Part shown: piece after piece, positions 1 through 8,964 of the stretch
Numbering within the stretch: the first letter of the stretch is position 1
Layout of the letters: every line of letters begins with the position of its first letter
DNA from: an uncultured Litoreibacter sp.
GTDB lineage: Bacteria; Pseudomonadota; Alphaproteobacteria; Rhodobacterales; Rhodobacteraceae
NCBI GenBank assembly: GCA_947494435.1
Contig: CANLUY010000004.1
Span: forward strand, 8,106 to 72,105
Direction: 5' to 3'
DNA length: 64,000 nt
Notes under the pieces: generated by a model
What the model was told of the DNA's origin: nothing
The model's input: only the letters and a program-made list of their open reading frames with translations
Databases searched by the model: none
Program-made: the position numbers and the translations under genes

Positions 1-255
1 GCCGCCTGTTCGCTGCCCGCCCCCGCTAACGATGCTCATCTTTTTGCTTTGCATACGCTATTAATCCATGGGTCGCGGCAGGCGGACGAACTCAGCCAAT
101 TACTGCCAAACCCGTCGTTGACCGGCATTTGGCTGTCTTTGCAAGGCAACGGATTTGTCGATCTGAACGATGGGCAAGTTTCCTGCGCAATCAGAAGTTA
201 TCCTGACATCCGAAGTGAGCTTGGCGCAGCCGGCTTTAACCTGGATCGGCTTTAG
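1..255 (+). CDS. 3' end of a hypothetical protein running in from upstream of the window, directly before the first MscS gene
   Basis: Frame 1 is open from base 1 to TAG at 253-255 (...GIWLSLQGNGFVDLNDGQVSCAIRSYPDIRSELGAAGFNLDRL); next gene starts 8 nt later. Confidence 0.55.
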   Translation, partial: AACSLPAPANDAHLFALHTLLIHGSRQADELSQLLPNPSLTGIWLSLQGNGFVDLNDGQVSCAIRSYPDIRSELGAAGFNLDRL

Positions 256-263
256 CACACACC

Positions 264-1094
264 ATGGAAGAGCGCGCACAAAGAGTTTCAAACCTGTTTA
301 ACGACCTCAACGGCTGGGTGATTGCGGAGATAATTCTCAGCATTGTACTGGTCTGGGTGTTCATCAAAGCAACGCAAAAGATCCTGCCGTGGGTCAGTGA
401 GTTTCTACCGGCCAAGCTGCGAAATCTGTCATTGAATTCTGTACCGGTACTGCGGGTGCTGGCACTGCTGTTCCTTGTCATCTGGATCGTTCCGCTGGTT
501 TTCAACATCACCTTACAGAACTTTGTCTTTATCGCTGGCGCGATAAGCGTGGCAGTAGGTTTTGCTGTAAAAGACCTTGCCAGCAGTGTCATTGCAGGTT
601 TTGTCGCCCTTTTTGAAAAACCATATCGACTAGGGGACTGGATCAAGATCGGCGATGACTATGGTGAGGTCGTGACGATTGGAATGCGCGCGGTGCAAAT
701 CCGTACACCTGACGATAATGTTGTTACAATTTCACATGATCGCATTTGGACCGACAATGTCCTGAACGCCAATGATGGCTTTGGCACTTTGATGTGCGTG
801 GCCACCTTTCATGTCGCCCATAATCAAGACACAAGTGACATCGCTGAACTCCTTAGAATGGTAGGCAAAACCAGCCCCTACCTAAATCTCGACCGCGATG
901 TGATCGTCGTCGCCGAGAACGAGACATGCTGCACCGTCTACAAGCTCAAAGCCTATCCGTTTGAGCCGCGCAATCAGTTCGCATTCATCACAGACATGAC
1001 AGAACGCGGCAACGCCACACTGCGAAATGCCGGGATCCGTGCTGCAACCGTGTCAGATGAAATTATATCTGGAAGCGCTAAGTCGTCGAATTGA
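264..1094 (+). CDS. mscS: MscS-family small-conductance mechanosensitive channel
   Basis: TM helices then GFAVKDLASSVIAGF, PYRLGDWIKIG, GEVVTIGMRAVQIRTPD motifs. Confidence 0.88.
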   Translation: MEERAQRVSNLFNDLNGWVIAEIILSIVLVWVFIKATQKILPWVSEFLPAKLRNLSLNSVPVLRVLALLFLVIWIVPLVFNITLQNFVFIAGAISVAVGFAVKDLASSVIAGFVALFEKPYRLGDWIKIGDDYGEVVTIGMRAVQIRTPDDNVVTISHDRIWTDNVLNANDGFGTLMCVATFHVAHNQDTSDIAELLRMVGKTSPYLNLDRDVIVVAENETCCTVYKLKAYPFEPRNQFAFITDMTERGNATLRNAGIRAATVSDEIISGSAKSSN

Positions 1095-1128
1095 GGCGTC
1101 ATAGGCTGACAAACAGAGGTGCAATCTC

Positions 1129-1995
1129 GTGGAACCAATTGAAATTCTGATGACCCAACTACGCGAGATCGCGAGAGGGTCTATCGAATTGCTGCCACAG
1201 ATCGCAGTTGCTGTCGTGGTCCTGATCCTGACGGTAGCCCTCAATAAATTGATCGGTTTTTTGGTCAAACGCGTACTAGAGCGCACGAGACTGCGACCCA
1301 GCCTCAAGGAATTGTTCTCGCTTTTGGCCTCTATACTCGTTTGGATCCTTGGTTTGATGATTGCAGCGGTCATCGTTTTTCCAGGTCTCACACCCTCCAG
1401 CATTCTTGCAGGTCTCGGCATTGGGTCGGTAGCAATTGGTTTTGCATTCAAGGATGTTTTCGAGAACTTTCTGGCTGGCATCATCATCCTATTTCGGAGG
1501 GAGATGCGCATTGGCGACTTCATCGAATGTGAAGGTATTGAAGGCGAGGTTGACCACATCGCCATCCGCGAAAGCCACATCCAACAGACCGACGGTCAAT
1601 TGGTGATCGTGCCAAATTCAATCCTGTTCAAGAACCCAGTGATCATTCGCACACACCAAAAATCAAGGCGCATGACAGTGATCTGCGGTGTCGCCTACGA
1701 CGTTGACGTAGATGAGGCCCGTGACGTGATTTATAGCGCGGTTCAGACCTGCGAAAGCGTCATTCAGGACGACAAACCCATCCAGATATTCGCGCAAGAG
1801 TTTGCCTCCTCTTCCATCAATTTCGAGGTCACTTGGTGGTGCGGTTCCAAACCAGTGGACGTGCGCAAATCGCGGGACGAGGTTGTGGCAACGGTAAAAC
1901 GCGCACTCGATGATGCAAACATCGAGATACCGTTCCCTTACCGTACCCTGACATTCAAGGAACCACTGCCGGTTGCGCAGACGCAAGACAGCTAA
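1129..1995 (+). CDS. mscS: MscS-family mechanosensitive channel
   Basis: GLGIGSVAIGFAFKDVFENFLAG, IGDFIE, TDGQLVIVPNS, IEIPFP motifs. Confidence 0.92.
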   Translation: MEPIEILMTQLREIARGSIELLPQIAVAVVVLILTVALNKLIGFLVKRVLERTRLRPSLKELFSLLASILVWILGLMIAAVIVFPGLTPSSILAGLGIGSVAIGFAFKDVFENFLAGIIILFRREMRIGDFIECEGIEGEVDHIAIRESHIQQTDGQLVIVPNSILFKNPVIIRTHQKSRRMTVICGVAYDVDVDEARDVIYSAVQTCESVIQDDKPIQIFAQEFASSSINFEVTWWCGSKPVDVRKSRDEVVATVKRALDDANIEIPFPYRTLTFKEPLPVAQTQDS

Positions 1996-2171
1996 ATGGC
2001 CAAAGCCTGGCGTCGTGTGACGCGCAAACACTCGAAAGACTAATCGAGTTTAAGACTTCCGTTCAGGCACGCCATGCTCAATTTGGTAGGCTTGTTCAAT
2101 CGTGGTGGCCACACGTCCATAGCTGGGTCAAATGACCACCCGATCGAGGCGTATTTGTAAGGATCGGTGCG

Positions 2172-3128
2172 ATGGATGAAGTTGATGCGAATGTAGGCCT
2201 GATTTTCACCAAGCTAGACAGTTGGCTAGACGGTCTCTTCAGGCTCCTTCCCAATATTTTCCTTGCGCTCATTGTTGCCGTCATCTTCTGGTTCGTTGGT
2301 CGTGGTGTTGGCAAGTTGATCAATCGCGCAGCCGATCAGCGCGGTCGTGACAGTCTTGGTGAAGTGGCAGGCTCATTGGTGAGATGGGCTATAGCGGTTG
2401 TAGGTTTTATGCTCGCCGTCACAATCATCGCACCGACTATCACACCTGGCGATTTGATTGCGGGTCTTGGCGTCAGTTCCGTAGCGATTGGCTTTGCTTT
2501 TAAGGACATACTTCAAAACATGCTGGCGGGCATTCTGATTTTGCTACGTCAACCTTTCGAAGTCGGCGATCAAATTGTCTCAGGCGGTCATGAAGGCACT
2601 GTCGAGAAAATTGAAACACGCGCAACTATGATCAAGACCTACGATGGTCGGCGCGTTGTTATTCCTAACTCTGACATCTACACAGACAGCGTTGTTGTGA
2701 ATACAGCCTTTGATGTGCGTCGTTCGGAGTATGATATCGGCGTCGGCTGTAACGATGATTGGTTCGCGGCCCGTCGTATCATCGCCGAGGCTTGTAGCGG
2801 CGTAGATGGTGTTGAAGAAGATCCCGCGCCTGAAACGATCCCGATCGAACTTGGCGATTCCGCGAATGTTGTGCGTCTCCGCTGGTGGACGAAATCAGAC
2901 CGCGCGTCGCAGATCCGAACTTTTGGAGAGGTATTGCAGGCCGTCTACATTGCGCTGGATGAGGAAGGTATCGACATGCCCTATCCCACCCAGGTGCATC
3001 TCTTTCACGATCAGACAGAAGAGACCGACGGCAATCGCAAGCTGCAACGCGAAGGCTGGCCTGCCGGTAAAGGCGACGTTCCGAAATCTCGGACTGAACT
3101 GACCGGACAAGGGGCAGAGAGCGCCTAA
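2172..3128 (+). CDS. mscS: MscS-family mechanosensitive channel
   Basis: GLGVSSVAIGFAFKDILQNMLAG, PFEVGDQI, TYDGRRVVIPNS, IDMPYP motifs. Confidence 0.92.
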   Translation: MDEVDANVGLIFTKLDSWLDGLFRLLPNIFLALIVAVIFWFVGRGVGKLINRAADQRGRDSLGEVAGSLVRWAIAVVGFMLAVTIIAPTITPGDLIAGLGVSSVAIGFAFKDILQNMLAGILILLRQPFEVGDQIVSGGHEGTVEKIETRATMIKTYDGRRVVIPNSDIYTDSVVVNTAFDVRRSEYDIGVGCNDDWFAARRIIAEACSGVDGVEEDPAPETIPIELGDSANVVRLRWWTKSDRASQIRTFGEVLQAVYIALDEEGIDMPYPTQVHLFHDQTEETDGNRKLQREGWPAGKGDVPKSRTELTGQGAESA

Positions 3129-3473
3129 ACTCCGCCTTTGACCGTTACAACGACGCGGCCTAAACGCTGTGTTGATCATCTGCAGTCTCGCTTGAATTTG
3201 GTTGTTTGCGCGCTTCGCGTCGCCGCCGTGCATGGTTCCATGAGACCATCTCAATGTCCCAGAACTTGTCTGAGATTAGTGATTGTCACCGCACCTCCCG
3301 CGCTCTGATTGATAGCTTTGTCCTAGGTCGATGAGGTCTTTGCAGGCCGATCTCTGCCCAACTCTCGTTGCTGACAAGCAGACGATCAGAACGCATTCTG
3401 TGCGACTTTTCGCAGTTTGATGGACGGACCGTTGATGTTGGCAACCCCAAAATAACCAATAAGGAAGATACAC

Positions 3474-4283
3474 ATGTCTCTCTCATCAAGAACACAAAAA
3501 GCAAGATTTACGACAGGGCTCCTTGCCTCCGCAGCAACTGCGCTGGTACTGGCAACAGCCGCAAATGCTGACGGTCACACGGCTGCGTTTATGGATCTTG
3601 AGTTCGACAACACGCAGAATCTGAACGCGTCCGAGTTGATCGGCGCACGTGTCTATGCATCTGAAGCTGATATAGCGAACGAACCATTGGCCGCTGACGG
3701 CGAAAAAGAATGGGACGATATCGGCGAGATTGACGAAATCGTTCTGTCGCGTTCCGGTGACATCACATCGGTGATCATCGGGGTTGGTGGATTCCTCGGC
3801 CTTGGTGAGAAATCTGTCGCCGTCGATTTGTCACAACTGACTTTCGTCTCTGATGGCGAAGATGCTGACGAATACTTCATCGTCGTCAAAGCAAGCGCCG
3901 CTGGCGTGAAAGACGCACCAGAGTATGTTTCGAATGTCGATACGATGGCTCAATCGGACCGTCAGATGCTGACAGCCCCAGCGATTGAACGTGAAGGTTA
4001 TGAACCGGTACAAACAGAACAACTTACTTCTGAGACGTTGACTGGCGCCCGTGTCTACGGGAGCAACGATGAAGATATCGGTGAGATCGATCGTCTGCTT
4101 CTGACTGATGCTGGCAAAATCGATCGTGCTGTCATTGATGTCGGTGGTTTTCTGGGTCTTGGCGAGAAACCAGTCGCTGTGACAATGGACGAGCTAACGA
4201 TCATGCAGAAAGACGGCGACGTTCGTGTTTACATCGATAGCACACAAGAAGCTTTGGAGGCGCAGCCCGCATATGAAGGCTAA
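3474..4283 (+). CDS. Secreted/periplasmic protein with two PRC-barrel domains
   Basis: Signal peptide; repeated IGEID...VIIGVGGFLGLGEK.VAV motif twice; RBS AAGGAAG. Confidence 0.88.
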   Translation: MSLSSRTQKARFTTGLLASAATALVLATAANADGHTAAFMDLEFDNTQNLNASELIGARVYASEADIANEPLAADGEKEWDDIGEIDEIVLSRSGDITSVIIGVGGFLGLGEKSVAVDLSQLTFVSDGEDADEYFIVVKASAAGVKDAPEYVSNVDTMAQSDRQMLTAPAIEREGYEPVQTEQLTSETLTGARVYGSNDEDIGEIDRLLLTDAGKIDRAVIDVGGFLGLGEKPVAVTMDELTIMQKDGDVRVYIDSTQEALEAQPAYEG

Positions 4284-4323
4284 GGCTAATACTTGGTAAA
4301 ATGAATTGTCGTTAAGTGTTCCT

Positions 4324-4353
4324 GCTGTCGCCCGGAAACGGGCGGCAGCTTTT
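4324..4353. terminator. Likely bidirectional intrinsic terminator
   Basis: GCTGTCGCCCG-gaaa-CGGGCGGCAGC followed by TTTT between convergent genes. Confidence 0.7.
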
Positions 4354-4364
4354 AAACTCTCTGG

Positions 4365-4772
4365 TCAACCTGCAGAAAGGCTTCGTTCAATGTCACCCAT
4401 CGGCGAATTGATGAGGGTCTTCGCCAATTCCAATGAAATCTTTTTTTTGACTTCTAGGTGCAGGATCGGTCGGATTTCACCCAACGTGTCGGGGTCTGCA
4501 ACAAGTACCAGATGCTCAAACTCGCCCTTGTGAGCTTTAGCATAGAGATGCTGAGCGAGCTGCTTGGCAAAGGTTGCCTCATCCGTCTCCTGGTTAGACG
4601 ACTCAGGTGGCCGGTTCCCCGAAGGACCATCGTCATCTAGGTTCTGCGGAGATAAGTTCCCAACGTGGGTCAAACTGATGTCGCGTGCCTTGCCATTGTT
4701 GACAAAGAACTTTGCCTCCGCCCCCGATGCGATGACGACAAATGCGTTTGGTGGGCATGTAGATGTGCTCAC
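4365..4772 (-). CDS. Host attachment protein family (AtsE-like / baeRF12-like)
   Basis: FVVIASGAEAKFF N-terminus, FAKQLAQHL, LVLVADPDTLGEIR, ELAKTL motifs; RBS AAGGAG before GTG. Confidence 0.75.
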   Translation of the reverse strand: MSTSTCPPNAFVVIASGAEAKFFVNNGKARDISLTHVGNLSPQNLDDDGPSGNRPPESSNQETDEATFAKQLAQHLYAKAHKGEFEHLVLVADPDTLGEIRPILHLEVKKKISLELAKTLINSPMGDIERSLSAG

Positions 4773-4872
4773 AGTCCAACTCCTTATATAATCAATGCCA
4801 GATGCCGGGTAGGCTCATGGCGATTTCTGCTGAGAATTTCGTTAGGCGCGAAGGGCGTGAAAAGAGTATCGC

Positions 4873-5034
4873 CTACTTGGTATCTGACTTCTTCTCGCTT
4901 TGATCTTCATTGATCTCTGCGAGAACCGAATTTCCCGTCTTGTGATCTTGTTGATCAGAGGTTTCCTCAACGTCCGAATTGATCTTGGACAACACGGAAC
5001 CGTCTTTGCTTTCTTTGTTTGACTTAGAAGGCAT
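4873..5034 (-). CDS. 53-aa hydrophilic small protein (below ORF-track cut-off)
   Basis: MPSKSNKESKDGSVLSKINSDVEETSDQQDHKTGNSVLAEINEDQSEKKSDTK; RBS GGAG upstream. Confidence 0.55.
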   Translation of the reverse strand: MPSKSNKESKDGSVLSKINSDVEETSDQQDHKTGNSVLAEINEDQSEKKSDTK

Positions 5035-5094
5035 CAATCACTCCTTTTTTGTAACTGCACAATGCGAGCAGATATTCGAACTCTCGGCGGGCGA

Positions 5095-5562
5095 TTAGTT
5101 CCCTTGGAAAAGCGGCACGGTCGAAACTGACATTTTTGCGGACCCGTTCTGCACATCTCGCGCATGAGATATGTAGATCAGGGTCTGATTGGCCTCATCG
5201 AAGATCCGTTTGACCTGCACGGACTTCCAGATGATCGATCGGCTCTCTGAAAAGACGTTTTCGCCTTCGTCGCTCCGGTCGATATCTCCGACGGTAATCT
5301 CACCGGTCTGACGGCAGGCAATCGATGAATTTGAAGGATCTTCGAACCAATCACCTTTTTGCAACCTGTCGATGAGCCCGCGCTCGAAGTAGGCCACGTG
5401 GCAGGTAACGCCGTCAACTTTTGGGTCGGCGAAAGCCTCGATGACAATATCATTGCCAAGCCAATCGACGTCGACGTTGCCTACCTGATCTGCGGTCGCG
5501 GACGTGTGGAACACAATCAAGATACAGCCGAGTGCGGCGGCTTTCCGCAGCAGGCGAACCAA
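5095..5562 (-). CDS. creA: CreA-family periplasmic protein (start approximate)
   Basis: IVIEAFADPKVDGVTCHVA, EDPSNSSIACRQTG, DEANQTLIY, SVSTVP motifs. Confidence 0.85.
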   Translation of the reverse strand: MVRLLRKAAALGCILIVFHTSATADQVGNVDVDWLGNDIVIEAFADPKVDGVTCHVAYFERGLIDRLQKGDWFEDPSNSSIACRQTGEITVGDIDRSDEGENVFSESRSIIWKSVQVKRIFDEANQTLIYISHARDVQNGSAKMSVSTVPLFQGN

Positions 5563-5566
5563 TGCT

Positions 5567-5641
5567 CTAACGCAACCCAAGAAACGACAAAACGGCAATC
5601 ACGACGACAACGACACCGATAATATAAATAACGCGGTTCAT
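5567..5641 (-). CDS. 24-aa single-TM microprotein
   Basis: MNRVIYIIGVVVVVIAVLSFLGLR; strong RBS ACAGGAGA; not in ORF track. Confidence 0.7.
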   Translation of the reverse strand: MNRVIYIIGVVVVVIAVLSFLGLR

Positions 5642-5892
5642 AGACTTTCTCCTGTGTAAAACAACGAGCAATGAGGGCTCGTTTCGATGCGAGTTGTAGA
5701 TGACCTAACGGTCGATACATCACTCACGATCAGCATCTAACCTGCCCGGTGGCCATCCTTGTGTCTCGGTTGTTTTCTTAAACTCGGACAACAATACTGC
5801 TGTTTTCTCGATCAAAAGCAGCGTGCAGGAGACGGGTCAGCTTGCGTAAGCGGACCTTTCTCCCAGTGTTAGGTGACCAAAGCATCATTGTT

Positions 5893-6255
5893 CTAGAGTC
5901 TCGCTGTTGTCTGTGACCGTTGCGACAGATCTTGCCGTAGTAACGTGAAGTTGCGATTGTTCGCTTTGAAAACAAGATCAAAGACGTCGCCAAGGATTGG
6001 CACTGCGCCGATAACGAAGTCCAACCCGGTGTTCGCGATCATACGCACGATCGTGCGGTTACGCGCACCCAGCCTGTGCCCCTTGTAAATGAGATAAGCC
6101 GACGGCCCGAGCGATGCGAGGTCGCCCGCACCGGGGATCAGCCCCATTAGAGAGTCCCACCCGAACCGGATTGGCGTGCCCGGTATCTGAAAGCGGTTGT
6201 CAAGAAGGGTGGACAAGCGGTCAAGTTTTTCAAGCTCGGAGGCAGGTGACGCCAT
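5893..6255 (-). CDS. DUF4112-family membrane protein
   Basis: LLDNRFQIPGTPIRFGWDSLMGLIPGAGD and GAVPILGDVFDLVFKANNRN motifs; ATG overlaps upstream TGA. Confidence 0.8.
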   Translation of the reverse strand: MASPASELEKLDRLSTLLDNRFQIPGTPIRFGWDSLMGLIPGAGDLASLGPSAYLIYKGHRLGARNRTIVRMIANTGLDFVIGAVPILGDVFDLVFKANNRNFTLLRQDLSQRSQTTARL

Positions 6256-6413
6256 CACTTGCGGGAGATGATGTAAACCGCGTGAACCAAGCCCGGAATG
6301 TAACCAAGCAAAGTCAGCAGAATGTTCAGCCAAAAGTGCTTGCCAATCCCAACCTGCAAGAAAACCCCAAGAGGCGGGATGATGACGGAGAGGATGATGC
6401 GGATGAGATCCAT
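6255..6413 (-). CDS. yqaE: YqaE/Pmp3 (UPF0057) stress membrane proteolipid, 52 aa
   Basis: MDLIRIILSVIIPPLGVFLQVGIGKHFWLNILLTLLGYIPGLVHAVYIISRK; not in ORF track. Confidence 0.88.
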   Translation of the reverse strand: MDLIRIILSVIIPPLGVFLQVGIGKHFWLNILLTLLGYIPGLVHAVYIISRK

Positions 6414-6514
6414 GGCTGGTCTTCCTTGCGATGATAATAGTGCTTTCCCTGACCTATCGCATGTCGTTCTCAGATAAGCGACGTCATCCCCCTTAAACTG
6501 TGTTAACTTTACGT

Positions 6515-7300
6515 ATGTCAGAAGAATACCAAAGCTGCCTTGTCAGTCGCCTTTCACGTTTCGTGTCCCTTACAGATCACGAATGTAGCTTCATTGCAGA
6601 TATGGAAAAGGACGAGCATCCACGCAAAAAAGGCCGACCTGTGGTCAGTGTCGGTGACAAAACCGAGGGCATTATGGTCCTGAAGTCTGGATGGGCGGTG
6701 GTCAAAGCCGATAGTTCGGATGGTCGCAGTCAGATCCTGCGTGTTTATCTGCCTGGAGAAGTTATGGGGTTGGCAGAGATTGGGTCGTCCCATGCGAGTC
6801 ATCGTGTGATGATGCAGACTGATGGTGTAATTTGCCCATTCCCCCGTGGTGGGCTTGCGCCGCTTTATAGTGATTATCCCCGGCTTGGCGCTTTGCTTAC
6901 CGCTGTCGGCAGTCTGGATCAGATCGCGCTACGGCATCATGCCAGCAGTCTCGGATCGATGGATGCAGCGGGTAAGCTGAAATTTTGGCTGTTGCAGCTC
7001 CGTTCGCGGCTCGAAGTCGCCAACATCGGTCTTGGAAACCGGTTCCAGGTGCCATTCAGCCAGGTCGAGGTTGGACAGGCGGTCGGGCTTACTTCAATTT
7101 ACGTGAACAAGTTGCTGCGACGGTTTGTTGAAAGCGGAGACATGGAGATTGAACGCCCCTACGTCAGGCTACTCAAGCGCGACGAATGGGAAAAGGACTG
7201 TGAGTTCGTCAATGCATTTGTAGATATGGATACGTCGTGGTTCCCACCCGCGATAGGTGCGGAAACGACCGGCTCAGCAGATCTGGCCAAGCCGGCTTGA
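6515..7300 (+). CDS. Crp/Fnr-family transcriptional regulator (no FNR-type N-terminal Fe-S Cys cluster seen)
   Basis: cNMP-binding-like domain (GRSQILRVYLPGEVMG) and C-terminal HTH PFSQVEVGQAVGLTSIYVNKLL. Confidence 0.88.
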   Translation: MSEEYQSCLVSRLSRFVSLTDHECSFIADMEKDEHPRKKGRPVVSVGDKTEGIMVLKSGWAVVKADSSDGRSQILRVYLPGEVMGLAEIGSSHASHRVMMQTDGVICPFPRGGLAPLYSDYPRLGALLTAVGSLDQIALRHHASSLGSMDAAGKLKFWLLQLRSRLEVANIGLGNRFQVPFSQVEVGQAVGLTSIYVNKLLRRFVESGDMEIERPYVRLLKRDEWEKDCEFVNAFVDMDTSWFPPAIGAETTGSADLAKPA

Positions 7301-7303
7301 GCC

Positions 7304-7801
7304 TTAGCCAGCTGCCGCTTTGTTAACGCCGCCTGTAGCAAGCTCGGTCATGGTTCGATCACCTGCGTAGGCGGCATCGAGGCAGTTCTTCAGCGCTACC
7401 AAATCATCATCCAGCTCCAAACGATCGGCGAAAGCGGCAAGAGATCCGTACCCAGCAATCGCATAATGAGTAAGGCGTTGGTACTGCGTGATGATCATTG
7501 CATCTTTGGTCGCATCCTCACCAAAAGATTCTTCCAGGGCATGCGCACGGGCCTCCTTCACAAGACCTTCCATCCCTTTGCAGTGTTCGCCGTTTGGCTC
7601 TTCGTCATGTCCAGCCGAAATCTTCTCAATCGCATTGATGCCGTCTTGAATGCCGCTGGCACCTGCTTGAAGTGCATCGCAAAGGCCGGCGTCGTGCGCA
7701 GCCTTCGCCATGTCCTGAGTGACTTCAAGCGCCTGCTTATTGGCACTGTAGATATCTTTGATCTGTTCGAGATAAAGGTCTTCCAGCGTGTCGATACTCA
7801 T
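7304..7801 (-). CDS. DUF892/YciF ferritin-like stress protein
   Basis: LEDLYLEQIKDIYSA, CKGMEGLVKE, QRLTHYAIAGYGSL motifs. Confidence 0.82.
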   Translation of the reverse strand: MSIDTLEDLYLEQIKDIYSANKQALEVTQDMAKAAHDAGLCDALQAGASGIQDGINAIEKISAGHDEEPNGEHCKGMEGLVKEARAHALEESFGEDATKDAMIITQYQRLTHYAIAGYGSLAAFADRLELDDDLVALKNCLDAAYAGDRTMTELATGGVNKAAAG

Positions 7802-7995
7802 GTTCGATCCTTTCAAGATGAGCCCCCACGCTAACGCGTTTGGGCCACTGAGACAGAGACGATGTAGGTGGAGCCTCAGCTGATTGGCCGAATGCTAAAC
7901 CAGATTAGCGTCTGCGACCCGCATCCAAAAATTCCAGCGCCTAAGCTGACCTCAGCAGGGATGACATTCGTCATGCCCAACAGGAGGAGTCACCT

Positions 7996-8064
7996 ATGCA
8001 CAACGTCTTTTACCTCATTGGACTGATTGTCGTCGTCTTGGCCGTCATCCGTCTAGCGTTCTGA
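7996..8064 (+). CDS. 22-aa single-TM microprotein
   Basis: MHNVFYLIGLIVVVLAVIRLAF; strong RBS AGGAGG; resembles 5567..5641 product. Confidence 0.65.
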   Translation: MHNVFYLIGLIVVVLAVIRLAF

Positions 8065-8083
8065 ACCTGAATTGGAGAGAAAC

Positions 8084-8566
8084 ATGTCGACACCAAAAAA
8101 CTCGGGCCCTATGCCCATCCAATCCACAACATCGCAGGCCAAGCAGAAGGCTGGAGAGTTGGCGGATCAGGCAACCACCGCAGCGCGTGATGCTGCGCAA
8201 AACGCAGCGTCTGCTGCAAAGGATCAAGCGGAAACCGCGAAGTCTTCAGTTGCCGATGAGATGTCAGGCGTCGCTGCCGCTCTACGCACAGCAGCAGAAG
8301 AAATGCGCAGCGGCTCACCCCAAGAACGCACATTCGGTCAGATCGCGGAAGGACTGGCCGATGCGTCAGAGTCCATGCGCAACAAAGACCTCAGCGAAAT
8401 GGTGCAGGACGTCAGCGCCTTCGCGCGCAAGAACCCTTTGGTGTTCCTTGGCGGCGCTGCCCTCGTTGGGTTCGCGGCAACACGCTTCGCAAAAGCGTCT
8501 CGTCCGGATGACGTGCGTGCTACGCTCTCGGTGCCAGGAACCGAAACACATGGAGATTTCTCATGA
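8084..8566 (+). CDS. Ala-rich helical protein with C-terminal membrane anchor (DUF883/ElaB-like)
   Basis: FARKNPLVFLGGAALVGFAATRFAKAS tail; first gene of a coupled trio. Confidence 0.7.
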   Translation: MSTPKNSGPMPIQSTTSQAKQKAGELADQATTAARDAAQNAASAAKDQAETAKSSVADEMSGVAAALRTAAEEMRSGSPQERTFGQIAEGLADASESMRNKDLSEMVQDVSAFARKNPLVFLGGAALVGFAATRFAKASRPDDVRATLSVPGTETHGDFS

Positions 8567-8964
8567 GCGGCGGTAACGCAGACAAAAGCGCTGGTAATCT
8601 TCTCACAGAAGCGATGAGCAATGTCAGCGGCTTGGTGCGAAGCGAGGTCGATCTTGCGCGTGCTGAAATCAGCGAGAATATCACCAAAGCAGGTGTTGCG
8701 ATTGGCATGATTGCAGGAGCCGCAATCATTGCACTTGTCGCATTAAATGTTTTGGCGGCCGCGCTCGTCGCAGCGCTTACCGAGGTCGGGCTGGACGCTG
8801 GGTGGGCTGCCCTCATTGTTGGGGCTGCTCTCGGCATCATCGCCTTCGTATTAATCGGTAAAGGCGTCAACGACCTCAAACTCTCAAGCCTCGCACCGAC
8901 AAGGACCGTGAAAAATGTCCAACGCGATGCCGCAGCCGTGAAGGAAGCCTACGATGACAAATGA
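8563..8964 (+). CDS. Phage-holin-family (holin-X/DUF1469-like) membrane protein
   Basis: SGLVRSEVDLARAE, two TM helices, LAPTRTVKNVQRD tail. Confidence 0.8.
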   Translation: MSGGNADKSAGNLLTEAMSNVSGLVRSEVDLARAEISENITKAGVAIGMIAGAAIIALVALNVLAAALVAALTEVGLDAGWAALIVGAALGIIAFVLIGKGVNDLKLSSLAPTRTVKNVQRDAAAVKEAYDDK

